A stretch of DNA of 62,986 bases, filler included, from Octopus bimaculoides (Eukaryota), in NCBI RefSeq assembly GCF_001194135.2. It is 5 parts of 5 records of this genome, joined end to end, with 100 filler letters (N's around TTAATTAATTAA, not from the genome) between each part and the next. Parts side by side here need not be neighbours in the genome. Positions count along the whole stretch, not along the records: positions 21,877 to 47,695 come from NC_068982.1; 4 more parts are not named here. One strand, 5' to 3'. Every line of letters starts with the position of its first letter. Position 1 is the stretch's first letter. The notes under the pieces are model-generated. The model ran no database searches. It saw only the letters and a list, made by a program, of their open reading frames with translations, and was not told where the DNA came from. The translations under genes and the position numbers were made by a program. Positions 23,500 through 36,360 of the stretch are shown here, piece after piece.

Positions 23500-26400
23500 T
23501 TTAACCCAACAACATGAAATTAGGATAACATTTTGTTTAAAATTTACAAAGAAAATAACTCTGATCTAAGCATAACTGAGGATCCCAACAGGCTAGCTAA
23601 TTTGAGAAGTACTGCAAAATTAAAACGATGATACAGAAATATTATAGAACACCTAGAAGAGTACGTGAAGAAAACAGAAATTATGAAAATTAAACAAACA
23701 AAAGACAAAGAACATAAAAATAAATTGTGTACGTAAACCATAATAAAAAAAAAAAGCTTAATACATGCAAGGTAAGCAAAGTAAATAACAAAACACAACA
23801 AAATGAAAGTATAGAAGTCGTACGATGCTGGCCAATAAAAGCTGAACAAATACAATACAAACGAAAATATAGATAAAAGAGAATATAAGAATAGAAATTT
23901 CTAAAGATGGAGATTATGAATATGACAATAACGTAAAGGTCGAAATAGTTAAAAATCGATAGATCTTTTTATGCACCAACGAAAGACACTCCCGATGATA
24001 AATACTTTGAGGTAAAAAGCATCAATAATAAAATTGCAAGCCTGGCCATTTTAGATTAATGAAAACAAACTCAAACATCAATATCACCAGAAAAAAAACA
24101 AAATTACATCGGCAGCAGCCATGCAGTTTCGAAGGAAAATGGATACGTGCTTAGATCTACTCATTTATAAAATAAAGGATAAAAGATGAAAGATAACTTA
24201 ATTCTTAAAGAAATCAACACAGAACAGACACAGATAATGAAAGAAGCAAAGGGAGTGGGTGAATACAATAGAAATGTCTTGTAACCATAGGACATCTGAA
24301 GAAAGGTATATCTTCACTAAACTGAGCTGAAAGTTAGAGCTTCACATCACTAAGCTGAGACTCAGTCGTTAGGAAAATGACACCAATTTATTGAGCAAAA
24401 TGAACTCTTCGAGAACTAACCTAGATAGAAATCAATGCAACACAAACATCAAGGGAATAGAGAATAATCGGGGGGAAGATAATGAACATCAAGGGGATCA
24501 TCATGGACAAGAAGGTTCAAAGCAACAAGTGAAGTACCTGAGCAGTTGAAGGAAACCTGAGAAAAGGCGTAGGTTAGACGATACAAAATACACGAATAGC
24601 TGGAAAATACCCGGAAATAATCATCTTCCAAACCTGTTGCAATATTTGATATGCACACATAAAGGGCTGGTATAAATATATAATAACCTTTTGAAAAAGA
24701 CGGAAGCATCACCTGAATGGCTGACTGAAAAGAAAACCGTTTTGTTCAGCAATATTTAATAAAAGGACCGACACATCCTAAAACTACATGCCCGTAACCA
24801 GCCAGCTTTCCTACAAAGAGTTAACTATTTGATAAGTAGAAACCCGTTTCCAGGAGTGCAGAAGGTGCATATGAATTAATTACTAACCGTAGACTATAGA
24901 AGGAGAGAGAAGGGTCTCTAAGCATGAAATATATAGAATACCTTGAAATTTATTCTGTTGTGTGGTAAGAAGCTTGCTTCCCAACCACATTGTTCTGGGT
25001 TCAGTTCCACTGCCTGGCACCTCGAGCAAGTGCCTTATATTGTAGCTTCGGGCCGACCAAAGCCCTCTGAGAGGATCTGGTAGACGGAAACTAAAAGAAG
25101 CCGGTCGTATATANNNNNNNNNNNNNNNNNNNNNNNNNNNNNNNNNNNNNNNNNNNNNNNNNNNNNNNNNNNNNNNNNNNNNNNNNNNNNNNNNNNNNNN
25201 NNNNNNNNNNNNNNNNNNNNNNNNNNNNNNNNNNNNNNNNNNNNNNNNNNNNNNNNNNNNNNNNNNNNNNNNNNNNNNNNNNNNNNNNNNTGTGTGTTTG
25301 TGTCTGGGCTTGACAACCGATGGTGGTGAGATCGATAGAATAAGTATTAGGCTTACAAAGAATAAGTCCTGGGGTCGATTTGTTCGACTAAATCCCCTTA
25401 AGGTGGTGTTCCAGCGCAGCTACAATCAAATGACTGAAGCAAATAAAAGAATAAAAGAATTAGTGTTGCCCATTCGTGAATCCTGGACACATAAGCGATA
25501 AGCAAATTATCACAAATAAGCAAATATACTGAATACATCATTGGTAAATGGTAAACTCTGTATATAAGAATAAAGGAAGGAATTATAAAACGTAACCCCC
25601 ATCACTGAACGGATCTCTCTTCCCTCCCTCTCTCTCTTCCTCTGCACTCCTTTTCTTCCCAGCACTGTTACTTATAGCCAACATATTAAACGAGACTAAA
25701 CTCGGGTACAAATGCTATGGAAGGACAATCAACCATCTTTTGTATATGGACGTAATCTATTTGGTAATAAACAAGTAGAAACACTACTGTAGACAGTATA
25801 TGGAGTTGGTATTATATGGTCCTGATTAGAAAAATGCGTCAATGCAATCTTTAAGAGAGAGAAATTAATTAAAAATACTCGTGTTTTTAATTAATTTTTT
25901 AAATAATACAATAGAATTAGAAACAAATGCAGACTTATAAATACTCAGGAATTAATAAACACACTCAAATGAAAGAAAATATATGAAAAGAATATGATAG
26001 ACGCATTAGATTAATACATAAAATAGATCTAAATACAAAACATATCTGCTAACAGGCATCAATGTTCAAGCTGGCTCAGAAAAAGTTATACGTTAACAGA
26101 ATTAGGAAGACTAAAAAGAGAAGAAAATAATAGAAAGTGATGACTGCCTTCAGAATATTGCAAAGTAGGAGCTTTCTGTAAGTTGAAATTAATTTATTAT
26201 AAAATATCTACTGTCGTACTACAAAAATATCTAGTAAAGAACGAAACATGAAAAACTGATTTTACCGTTAAGAAAGCGAATAAATGTAAAACAGACTGAT
26301 TTGATAGTATGAAAACAAAGGAAAATCAACAATAGAATTTGTTTTAAAAAACGTAACAACTTACGTAGCTGAAAACGAACTGATAAAACAGTGACAAGGA

Positions 26401-27190
26401 GAGGCCTTACATGAACAACGTCTGGAAAAAACTTTTTTAAGAAAATACACAAAATTGTCAGTACTAGCTAAGATGTACGGGTTTAAAACTGCGCCTGAAG
26501 CATTTCTTATTGTGGCACAGGACCAATACCACCTCACCAGAAAAACCATAAACATGCACTGAAGCAGAATAAACTAAGTAACTATAGTAGGCTGGAGAGA
26601 AACAATCACACTGTTTCTTGCTGTCCTGAGTAAGAGATAAAACATATGCAGACACTACAGAATTGTAGTTTATAAACACTGGAAATTAAGAAACATTCTC
26701 AAATACTACCAGATAAGTGATGACATAAATATACCCACAGAAAATGTCTCAGAAAACGGCGACTCGACAATACTTTGGGATGTGTGAGTGCACACGCAAC
26801 AAGACAAATAATCCGGATATTATTATCAAGACTGCCAGGATAGAAAGTATACTCTAATCGAACTAGCTTTCACAACAGGTAATAATGCATCACTGAAAGA
26901 AATAGAAAGATCATTCAAACATGAGATTTTGAAACTGAAGAGATCAGAATGTTGTATTAAGACCAAAATTATCTCTATAATCATAGATGTCTTGGGAAAT
27001 AGTTAAAACAAAAGATACAGACTCGTGCATAACCATAGCATCAGAACTTACATATGCAAAGAACTACAGAAAGTGTCACATCTAGATAGTGCATAGATAT
27101 TACGTAGAGTACTGTCAATACAATAGAAAGCAAAAACAGAGAGCTACGCTTGGGAGTGTTATAAAAGCACCCAATAAAAATAATAATTAT
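23500..27190 (+). mobile_element. Highly decayed near-full-length R4/Dong-clade (RLE) non-LTR retrotransposon
   Basis: Ordered motifs: PEWLTEKKTVL and KNYMPVT (about 24713-24800), INHLLYMD (about 25728), EAFLIVAQDQ (about 26497), ILWD..PDIII..LIEL RLE region (26770-26990); TAA-rich 3' end. Confidence 0.8.
24958..25460 (+). mobile_element. Type A SINE nested in the R4/Dong element
   Basis: Head GTGTGGTAAGAAGCTTGCTTCCCAACCAC, internal microsatellite replaced by N gap, tail AATAAAAG repeats. Confidence 0.8.
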
Positions 27191-28755
27191 AAAATTTGTA
27201 ATTATAACGTTTTCTTTTCTTGCCTCAAAACAGTTGGACTTTTATATTGAGTGTGGTGGGAACAGCAAGCGGAAACAAACAAAATTATCTCACACGAAAT
27301 ATATTGCATATGTGTCCCAATAGATGGGAAATAATTTAGGGATTATTGGAGTATCCTAAAATTGCCTTATTCTTTATTCCAAGTACGGCTCCTTCTCTAC
27401 TCCAACGTTTAAACTGAAAGGTTTATATACTCTAATCGCGACATTTTCTTGATTGAAATGTGCGAGCGAAACAGAAATGTTTAATTTCTATCCATCTGAC
27501 GTTCAGTACACTCACTCATTATCTATAGAATTTGCCGTTCATTTTCCTCTTCACCGTCACATTCTCTTCGAAAACTATCTGAAAATATTGATGAGAACTT
27601 AAGTGGAAGGTAAAAATATCTACAGTCAACACGCTCAATCCAGTGATACTGCTTTTCCACAAAAACTACAAAATTTGCGAGAAGGGTGTAGTTAAAGAGA
27701 TCGCCCCCACCACCACCACCACTACCACCACCACCACCAAATATCGCCCCTGGTATTGTATTTTCTAGACGCTGAAAGGCAAAATCGACTTCGGCGATAT
27801 TTCAACCGAAACGCAAAGGAGTGTATTTAAATAGCGCAGTACATTTTGCTCACCCTACTCAAGTGATATTTCTATTCACTGCCCTCATCGACCCAAATGT
27901 GTTACAGGTACTTGTTTCATCAGACTAACAAAAAAAAACGTAAATTCACTGGTTAAGACGGTAGTCTGTGATTTAAGAGAGATTCAGCTGCAATTTGTAT
28001 CAGGTCGAGCGATATCGCAGGAGGCGCCTATTGTTAAAGGGTAAGCAGAGATATGCCTGTACATCATTCATCGTTCATTACCTGTTTTAGGTTATCTATT
28101 GAAATTCATTAATTTCACTTTCTCTTCTAGCACCTCTTATTTTTAATCGTCAAGAATTATGACTTCCTATATCCTCACCCCTCTTTAATGTTTGACATTT
28201 TATGTTATAGAGAAAAGAAACCAGTATTGTTAGCGGGAAACAGCTAGGAAGGAAAAAAAACATTCACTTCAAGCGTTGTGCACTTAGAAACAACCTATAG
28301 AATGCTAACAGGTGCTAGGAATTCCAGATCAGCACTTTTCAATAGTTTGGGCGTTCTCTGGTAAGAAGATAAAAAAACACTTTATTCATAATATATTTAT
28401 GATAATCCCCCTTCTATCTTTCCTTCTTTCCCTCTCGCACGCATTCTCTCCTTTTTTCACGTTTTAGTTCTATTTGTACCTATCGCTGTTTTTTCTTGTG
28501 TTTATGAGCCGAGCTTACTAACAAAATACTTACCTTGCTATTTATTTATATATTTATCTACATACGTACACAACTCCTACACCCGTTTTGCTTCCTTTAT
28601 TCATATCTATCACTACTTCACTCTTTGTGCCTCAAGTCTCTTTCCCCACCACTCCCACACGCACATATATTTATACATACTTAGGTGTATATATATTTAT
28701 ACGTGTGTATATATGCGTATTATGTGTGTGTGTATATAAATATATGTATATATAC

Positions 28756-28801
<46 letters not shown>

Positions 28802-29234
28802 CCTTAGGAGAGGCATTATGCCGGTAATAAACACACGCACTGGTTCAGTCCTTTATTANNNNNNNNNNNNNNNNNNNNNNNNNNNNNNNNNNNNNNNNNN
28901 NNNNNNNNNNNNNNNNNNNNNNNNNNNNNNNNNNNNNNNNNNNNNNNNNNNNNNNNNNNNNNNNNNNNNNNNNNNNNNNNNNNNNNNNNNNNNNNNNNNN
29001 NNNNNNNNNNNNNNNNNNNNNNNNNNNNNNNNNNNNNNNNNNNNNNNNNNNNNNNNNNNNNNNNNNNNNNNNNNNNNNNNNNNNNNNNNNNNNNNNNNNN
29101 NNNNNNNNNNNNNNNNNNNNNNNNNNNNNNNNNNNNNNNNNNNNNNNNNNNNNNNNNNNNNNNNNNNNNNNNNNNNNNNNCATATATACAGAGAGAGAGA
29201 GAGAGAGAAGAAGAAGAAGAAGAAGAAGAAGAAG

Positions 29235-29265
<31 letters not shown>

Positions 29266-29801
29266 CTAGATATTCAGAAAGTATACTGCGGTAAGTACCT
29301 TACAGTATTTGGCTTTCCTCATCAGTTGTATTTTAGGTTCAAATCCTGCCAAATTTGATAGAGCAAGTAGCAATGATACACAGGATTCCACTATAGCTCT
29401 GTCTTTCAAAAACTGATCTTGTGTAAGATGAAAAGACATCAATATATGTGAGTTTGGTATGTGTGGATTTAGGTGTTTGTGTGCATAATACGGGTCATAT
29501 ATTTAAACTCAGCTGTGTTTGTCGTCCGTATTCCAATGTAACCAATGACTGGCATATTTGGTCTATTATTTCTATGCACATTCCAGGGTGAGGCCTTGGT
29601 AGAACTGGTAAGAGACCGACAAAATCCTTAACGGTATTTAGTAGTATACGTTTAAGTTCTATTTTCGTTAAGATCAACTTTGCCTTTCTATCCTTCTGGG
29701 ATCGATAAAATAAGTAAATAAGTAATCTTGAAATACATATGTTGATATATTCGACTGTACTTATCGCCTAAATTTGAAGACTTGTTCTAATATTAGTATA
29801 C

Positions 29802-30187
29802 TCTTTTACTCTCTTTTACTTGCTTCAATCATTGACTGTGGTCATGCTGAAGCACCGCCTTTAGTCGAGCAAATCGACCCTAGGACTTATTCTTTGTAAG
29901 CCTAGTACTTATTCTATCGATCTCTTTTGCCGAACTGCCAAGTTACGGGGACGTAAACACACCAGCATCGGTTGTCAAGCGATATTGCGGGGACAAACAC
30001 AGACACACACATATATATATACATATATATACGACGGGCTTCTTTCAGATTCCGTCTACCAAATCCACTCACAAAGTGGTCGGCCCGAGGCTATAGTAGA
30101 AGACACTTGCCCAAGGTGCCACGCAGTGACTGAACCCGGAACCATGTGGTTGGTAAGCAAGCTACTTACCACACAGCCACTCCTGCG
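29802..30187 (-). mobile_element. Full-length type A SINE
   Basis: Head GCGCAGGAGTGGCTGTGTGGTAAG, B box GGTTCAGTC, central GGGCAAGTGTCTTCTACTATAGCCTCGGGCCGACC domain, internal (TA)/(TG) tract, (AAAAGAGT)n tail. Confidence 0.9.
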
Positions 30188-30683
30188 CATTTTGATACTA
30201 TGTTAGTGTTGAATGAAATTAAGGAATTTATTAGAAAAACCTTGGTTCTAGATTAATTACACTCACCTTAGAAATGTGCAAAAATAATAACAGTGAAAAC
30301 TTTGTTACTCCACTTTCTTATATGTAATGATTTATAAGCAAGCAGTTAGTGATAAGTGCGTTTAGTGAAGTAAATGAAAATTCCATTGGCATCAAAGGCC
30401 TTTGGAAAACCACTGGATATTTTGATTTGGTGCAATATAGTCTGCCCTAATGTTTGTAACCGAAGCGAAGAAGTGGTTTGGGCTCAGAAAGATACTTAAG
30501 CATGAAGTCATGCTTAGGAAAAATCTATTTAGATTTGAACGGAATGGAAAATATTTACACAGTCCAGACTGGCGCGAACACTATCCGAACTCATCAGAAT
30601 GAAAAGACAAACCATAAATTGTCTTGTGGTCGAAATCAGGAGTTAGAACCAGCTTGGTCGAGCTGACGGCCCCTTGTAAGAGT

Positions 30684-30966
30684 AATACAATTCTATATTC
30701 AAGAGATGAAGAATTATGTACATTATTTACAATTGACGGATATTTGTCCTCATCTTGTTTGTTGTGAACACAGCGTTTCAGCTGATATACCCACCAGCCT
30801 TCATTAGGTGTCTTGGGAAAATTTCGAACCTGGATTCACATTCCTAAGGTATTTTTCGATGTTGTTGTCGCTATTATTATTATTATTATTATTATTCAGG
30901 TCACTGCCTGGAATCGAACTCGGAATCTCGGGGTTGGTAGCCCGCGCTCTTAACCACTACGCCATA
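30684..30966 (-). mobile_element. tRNA-headed SINE with (AAT)n spacer and Penelope-like 3' region
   Basis: A box TGGCGTAGTGGTTAAG, B box AGTTCGATTCC, (AAT)8, second GGTTCGAAA motif, then hammerhead-like segment and AT-rich tail. Confidence 0.75.
30767..30812 (-). ncRNA. Minimal type I hammerhead ribozyme fold (this copy probably inactive)
   Basis: GACAC-CUAAUGA-A-GGCUGGU(GGGUAU)AUCAGCU-GAAA-CG-CU-GUGUU: 5-bp stem I, 7-bp stem II, core order intact; three transitions from canonical (G5A, C11.1U, U16.1C). Confidence 0.55.
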
Positions 30967-30983
30967 TTCAACACCAATTTAAG

Positions 30984-31232
30984 GTGGAAAAATTGACAAC
31001 AGTGAGATACCATTGCACAGTACAGGTAGTAGAAGTTGGCGCACGAGGGTTTGTTATAGCCGTCATGTGCCAATTTCTAGTTCAGCTCAGAATCAAAGGT
31101 CGCAAAGCAAAAGGGACAATGAAATGCCCGTCAGAGATTGCTGAGAAGAATTTAATGTGGCTATGGGAAAGAGGAACTCCAGCTGAAGCTCTGGAGCCGA
31201 AAAGGAATGCTGCAAGCTGCCACACAGTATAG
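30984..31232 (+). mobile_element. HERO-like (RLE) non-LTR retrotransposon C-terminal fragment
   Basis: VQVVEVGARGFV...SEIAEKNLMWLWERG resembles the PVEVGCRGF...AEKAS.WLW.KR terminus of HERO-type elements. Confidence 0.65.
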
Positions 31233-32629
31233 GAGGTAAATCCATTTTGAAATAGGTCCACAGTGTTTTGTTGTGGTCTTCGTGGTCGGGCGACACACAC
31301 CACAGTTCAGGGAAATAAGACCACCCGAAGGTTCCGAGTTCAATCCTCACTCAAGATGACATTTCAAAAATAGCTGGAGAACACTTAGGAATCATGACCT
31401 CAGTGGAACTTACTCCATTAAAGTGTCAGGAACTAACGACCCAAAACATTTGTTTGAAAGGAGTTCTTCCTCTAAAGATCTCTCCTGTTGTCCTCTCGCC
31501 CCATAACGAGCTATTTTAGCAGAAAACATCATTTTCTGGTCTTCGTGTGTCTGTAATAGAGTTTACTTTATTGCAATTATTTAGATAAGACATTCAGTTT
31601 CCTCAGCGCATATTTTACCCAGCGCATGAACTCCACATGCATGAAAATGAGCATCAGTCTTGTCCATTTTATTAGTATAGAGTATGAGAGGTATGAAAAT
31701 TCAGTACTTACACTGAAAATGGTACCGGGCACGTCCGTGTTAAGTTGTTTTTTTTTTTTAGCTCAACGATACGAAAGAAATCGAATCACCAATATTTTGT
31801 TTGGTAGTCATGTGCTTAATAGTGAGTTTCTTTAATGATTTATAGTATATTGTATCTAAAAATAAAAGAAAAGAAGAAATCGCACAACGTCTGTGCAATG
31901 TTAAGATCCGTGTTCCAGGTGACAGTGTAACCGACTTAGCTGCAAAAACTTAACATTACCGTTAAAAAATTATAAACTGTAGTTAACGATATTAGACAAA
32001 TTAATTCTTGACAAGTGAAATACATTAGGCAGGACGAAAGGAATATAACAACCAATAATATGAACAGCTATATTTATTATATATTGCCAGGTTATTAACC
32101 TGTAAATTAATTAACCTCTTTTACACATTATCTCTGCATCTCCTAGCTTCCCTGTTCTCTATCTTCTGTAATTCTTTCTGTCCCCCTCTATCTTACCAAA
32201 ACATTTTCTCTCCCTTTTTCGCACTCTCCCTCCCCCTCTTTCTACACCCACGTGTATACCTCCTTCCCCGCCACACACACATCTCTCATCCTTTCCATTT
32301 CTCTCCCCTGCTCCATTTCATAACTTCTATGACGTGTTGTAGGAATCTGCTATCTTTCAGATTTGACAAATACCTTCTTGTTAGATAAATCAAACATATT
32401 TTAAGACAAGCTTTTAAAAACAGTAATCATCATCATTTTCATCAGCAGTATAGCATCAGAAGTAGTAACGATAGAATATACTACAACCGTGGCACCATTC
32501 TTGCCATTTATAACATAAATGTAAAAACAAAAAATATGATAAATTTATTTCTGAACATGCACGACTCTTTCAACAAGAATATGCAACTTTAGATAAGTAG
32601 GTGACGAACAAACTCCCTCTGGAGACGAC

Positions 32630-32960
32630 GCTTTTAACCTGCACACGCCATCCATCTCAGTCCTACATTAGCTGTGGGAGGTCTTCGGGGAGGCATCCAG
32701 TGTCTCTGGTAAATTGAACAATATATATTGAGTTCAGTCGACTCGCTTGAGTAGAGCCATACTTTGGCGTCCATAGCAGTAAGTCACTTTCCAGCTTTTG
32801 TTCAGCTCACCAGCAATGTACAAGCACCTTTCTCTTACGTTGGTGGAAACAGGCAGATCTCCATACAGCTAGTCCACTTCACCAGAAATCTAGCACCTAT
32901 TCTCAAAATCTTGATTACAGGATCAGGCACTCGTCCGAAATTCACAAATAAGTGCTATAT
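32630..32960 (-). mobile_element. RTE-clade LINE 3' fragment
   Basis: LYGDLPVS..VRERCLYIAG..LLLWTPKYG..RDTGCLPEDLPQLM..DGWR across frameshifts. Confidence 0.7.
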
Positions 32961-32984
32961 GATCAGTCTTTAAGCACTGATAGT

Positions 32985-33000
32985 ATCATTATCATCGTCG

Positions 33001-33080
<80 letters not shown>
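32985..33080. repeat. (TCA)n(TCG)n compound microsatellite
   Basis: Direct reading. Confidence 0.9.
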
Positions 33081-33082
<2 letters not shown>

Positions 33083-33404
33083 AAATAGTCCATCGAAAAC
33101 GTTGATAATTATGGATATCGGATGATCGGAATTTTAGTATCAAATATAAAGCGACCTCATCCACTACGAATATCGATGTCCAATCTTCTCATGTCGCGTC
33201 ATGTTACATATTTGTTCTTCAGTCGAGAATCTACTCAGATTTCTTGTACCGATACTTGTCACTGATTGGAGTATTATTAGTCTTGCCAACCCCAAGTGCT
33301 GGGCTAATGAAATCCAACTCTGATGACCTCTTCTACTAAATTTGTTATCATGTAACAGAGTAAGCAGTTATTATTGTTGTTATTCTTACGGAAATCAAAA
33401 TGGT

Positions 33405-33600
33405 GGCAAGCCAGCAAAATCGTTAATATACTGTACAAAATACTTTACGGCATTTCTGCTAGCTTTACGTTCTGAGTTCAAATGCCACCAAGGTCGACTT
33501 TGCCTCTCGTCATTTCGTGTTCGATGAAACATGTACCAATTAAGCACGGGTGGGGAGGGGGCGATTAAATCCACTATCCTCCTCCCACTAAATTCCACTT
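33405..33600 (+). mobile_element. Type B SINE, diverged
   Basis: GGTGGCAAGCCAGCAAAATCGTT head, GTTCAAATGCC, GGTCGACTTTGCC. Confidence 0.7.
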
Positions 33601-33967
33601 TTGGTGTCCATAGTAAAAAAGGGTTATTACAGCTATCAAAGGCACCGTACGTTAGAGCCTCTGCTAAAATGCCATGCGGTAGTTATACCGATTCCTCATG
33701 TTCTCATTCAAAGTACCTTCGAGGTCAACTATGGCTTTCATCCTTCCGAATGTCTAGGACTGTGTTCGATGGTATTGGCAAACACTATCTTGTTGTTGTT
33801 GTTGTTGTTGTTGCTGTTGATGATGATGAGGAGGAAGATGACGACGACGACGACGATGATAATGGTGATAATGGGGATGCGGTTGATGGTTATGATGATG
33901 ACGACAACGACGATTATGATGGTGATACAGAGCGTAGTTCAGTAGTTAACTTTCAAAATCCTATAAA

Positions 33968-34852
33968 CGTGATATGATCAATAAATATCCGGACTGCTGC
34001 TATAGTAACGAAGCTAAAGCACGGAGTGTGAGCCAATTGGCACAGATTGACCTAAAACTCTGCTGTGCATGCGCAGAGCAGAGTTCTAGCTTACTTCTGC
34101 TGTTTATAGCAGTGCTTGGAAGGAACGTGTGTAGCGTGTGACCGTCTCATTGACCATCACAGAGAAACTTCAGCAGAGAATCTGCATCAAATTTTGCCAA
34201 AAGCTCGGCGATACCTGCTCAGAAGCCTATGCAAAGTTTTCAAAAAGTTTTCTTCGTCATCGACACAATCAAGATCTTATGCAACTGAAACCCGAGTAAC
34301 TTTTTGGTCATCAGAAAGCAGTTTTGGTGCAAACTTGGCAGACACGCATCTCATACCCAAATCTTCAGTGATAATGGACTGAAATGAACTGTAACTAATC
34401 TGCATATCTTCTGATAACTCACGGATGGTGATTCGTCGATTATCTCTCACAGCTGCACGCACATCTGCGACGTTTTTCTCAGTTCTGCTGGTTGCGGGTC
34501 TCCTAGAAATTTCATCAATATTGACATTTTTCGGCGATCTTGGAAACGTCTGAACCACTCGTACACTTGTGTGCGCCTCATACACTCCTCTCCATATACT
34601 TTCTGCAACTCTACGTAGGCCTCTGAGCAGGTATCGCCATGAGAACTTTCTCTGTCATGGTCAATGCGATGATCACACCCTATATACCTTCCTTCCAAAT
34701 ACTATTGCAAACAGTGGAAGTGAACTAGAACGTTAAAACTTAGTGCGCATGCACAGCAGAATCCAAGGTCAATTTTTACGAAACGGCTTCACTCTGTGTG
34801 CTTTAGCATCGTTACTATGGCAACAGTCCAGATATTTATTAGTCAGACCTCG
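33968..34852. mobile_element. Head-to-head mariner derivative (two left ends forming a foldback)
   Basis: Plus arm 33968-34250 (TIR + EKLQQRICIKFCQKLGDTCSEAY); minus arm 34852-34240 (TIR TACGAGGTCTGACTAATAAATATC + DTCSEAYVELQKVYG..VYEWFRRF..SAKFAPKLL). Confidence 0.85.
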
Positions 34853-34988
34853 TATGCTCTCTTGAGAGAGCATATATAGAATAATATAGTTGCGGGTTCC
34901 CTTCACGTTGGGAAAAACACAGAATGGTCATGATTGGGATGGCTCTGCTTGTAGTTCTGTTTACTGAAGGCTGACCTCGATTTAAAGC

Positions 34989-35782
34989 CACTAGTTCTCA
35001 GTCGGGGTCTATATGGCCCTTTGGGATCCACATAAGATTTTGTTAAAATTTATGTGCAATAAACTTGTTATATTTCTGAAATTCGTCGCATATAACGAAT
35101 CATGGGAATTTCCTGGGAGGACAGAATCTCCAGCACTGAGGAGTTTCGCAGAGCCTAAATGCCCGGGATCGAAGCACTCATCACGAAGGCCCAGCTCCGG
35201 TGGGTCGAACATGTAGTCCGAACGGACGACGCGCGTCTACCAAAGATGGTCTTCTCTGAGCTGGCTTCCGGAGCAAGAAAGCCTGAAAGGCCACTGAGCG
35301 ATACAAGGACAGCCTGAAAACTTCCTTTGAGGCCTGCGGCATTTCAGCCCGTGGCTGGGAATCGCTTGCCTCTGACCATGGCGCCTGGCGTCCAGCTGTC
35401 CAAAAAGGTGTCAGGCTGTTTGAGGAAAAGCGACTCAAGAGCCTGGACCAGAAGCGACAAGCCCCAAAAGAGAGGATCCCCAACCCTAGTTCTGCTGTTA
35501 CGTGCCTAACATGTGGCCGTGTCTGCGCGTCCGCCTTTGGGTTCCGCTCCCACCTCCGACGTTACTGACGTCACTGTCGAACCCCGACAGACTTCCATTA
35601 TTTCTGCAATGCACAAAATATTTAAACACTTTTTCATACAGTTCCTAACAACATTTAATCATAAAAAATATATTAGAAGTTTTTAGACATCGAATATCTA
35701 TGAGGGTCTCCACCACACACACACACACCGAGTAAAAAAGGAATGGAATTGATCAGGAGAAAAAAATTGTTCAGAATCACTG
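34989..35782. mobile_element. hAT-like MITE interrupted by an RTE insertion
   Basis: Termini CACTAGTTCTCA and CAGAATCACTG resemble degenerate CAGTGGTTCTCAA TIRs; flanks ATTTAAAG / ATTTCAAC resemble a decayed 8-bp TSD. Confidence 0.5.
35083..35598 (+). mobile_element. 5'-truncated RTE/BovB-like LINE with C-terminal C2H2 finger
   Basis: RIMGISWEDRISS..AQLRWVEHVVR..RLPKMVFSEL..RYKDSLK..CLTCGRVCASAFGFRSHLRR*; TSD TATTTCTG(A/C)AAT at 35071-35082 and 35599-35610. Confidence 0.9.
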
Positions 35783-36184
35783 ATTTCAACAAACGCTATA
35801 ACAACTTCGAAACATAAAATTTAGACTTTAGCTGTTGTTTTAGTGTTATGACAGACACATGTCTCGGTGCTTCGTGAATTACAAATCTGGTCTGAACTGC
35901 AATACTTCTCGATTTTATTTTCCGATTGAACTCTTTGGCCTTGAATACGTCACCACCACCACTATCACCACTGAGAAATATCTAGGTCGATTATTTTAGA
36001 TGTCTTGTATTTTTTTGTTTGTTTTTGATGCTATTGAAGCTTTTTTTTTTATTGTTGATTGTTGATGTTGTTTTTTGTTCCTCCCGTATAATTATATTGG
36101 GCTTCCCTTGTCACTTTCCTTCTAACAACTGTCGTAATTGCTATGTACCGCACATAAACATCAATTATCGCTCATATTGATTCC

Positions 36185-36197
36185 GATACTGCTGCTG

Positions 36198-36257
<60 letters not shown>

Positions 36258-36319
36258 TTACTACTACTACTACTACTACTACTACCACTACCACCACCAC
36301 CATTACTACCACCACCGCC

Positions 36320-36350
<31 letters not shown>

Positions 36351-36360
36351 TTACTGCTGC
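36185..36360. repeat. (CTA)n/(CCA)/(CTG) trinucleotide tract
   Basis: Direct reading. Confidence 0.9.

Noticed and set aside
29588-29614. 21-nt exon-like segment with CAG| and |GTAAGA
   Set aside because: The sequence aligns to a degenerate type B SINE head.
30890-30966. tRNA-like sequence (also 285-349, 43486-43555, 54185-54250)
   Set aside because: A/B boxes present but no complete cloverleaf or acceptor stem; these are SINE heads, not tRNA genes.
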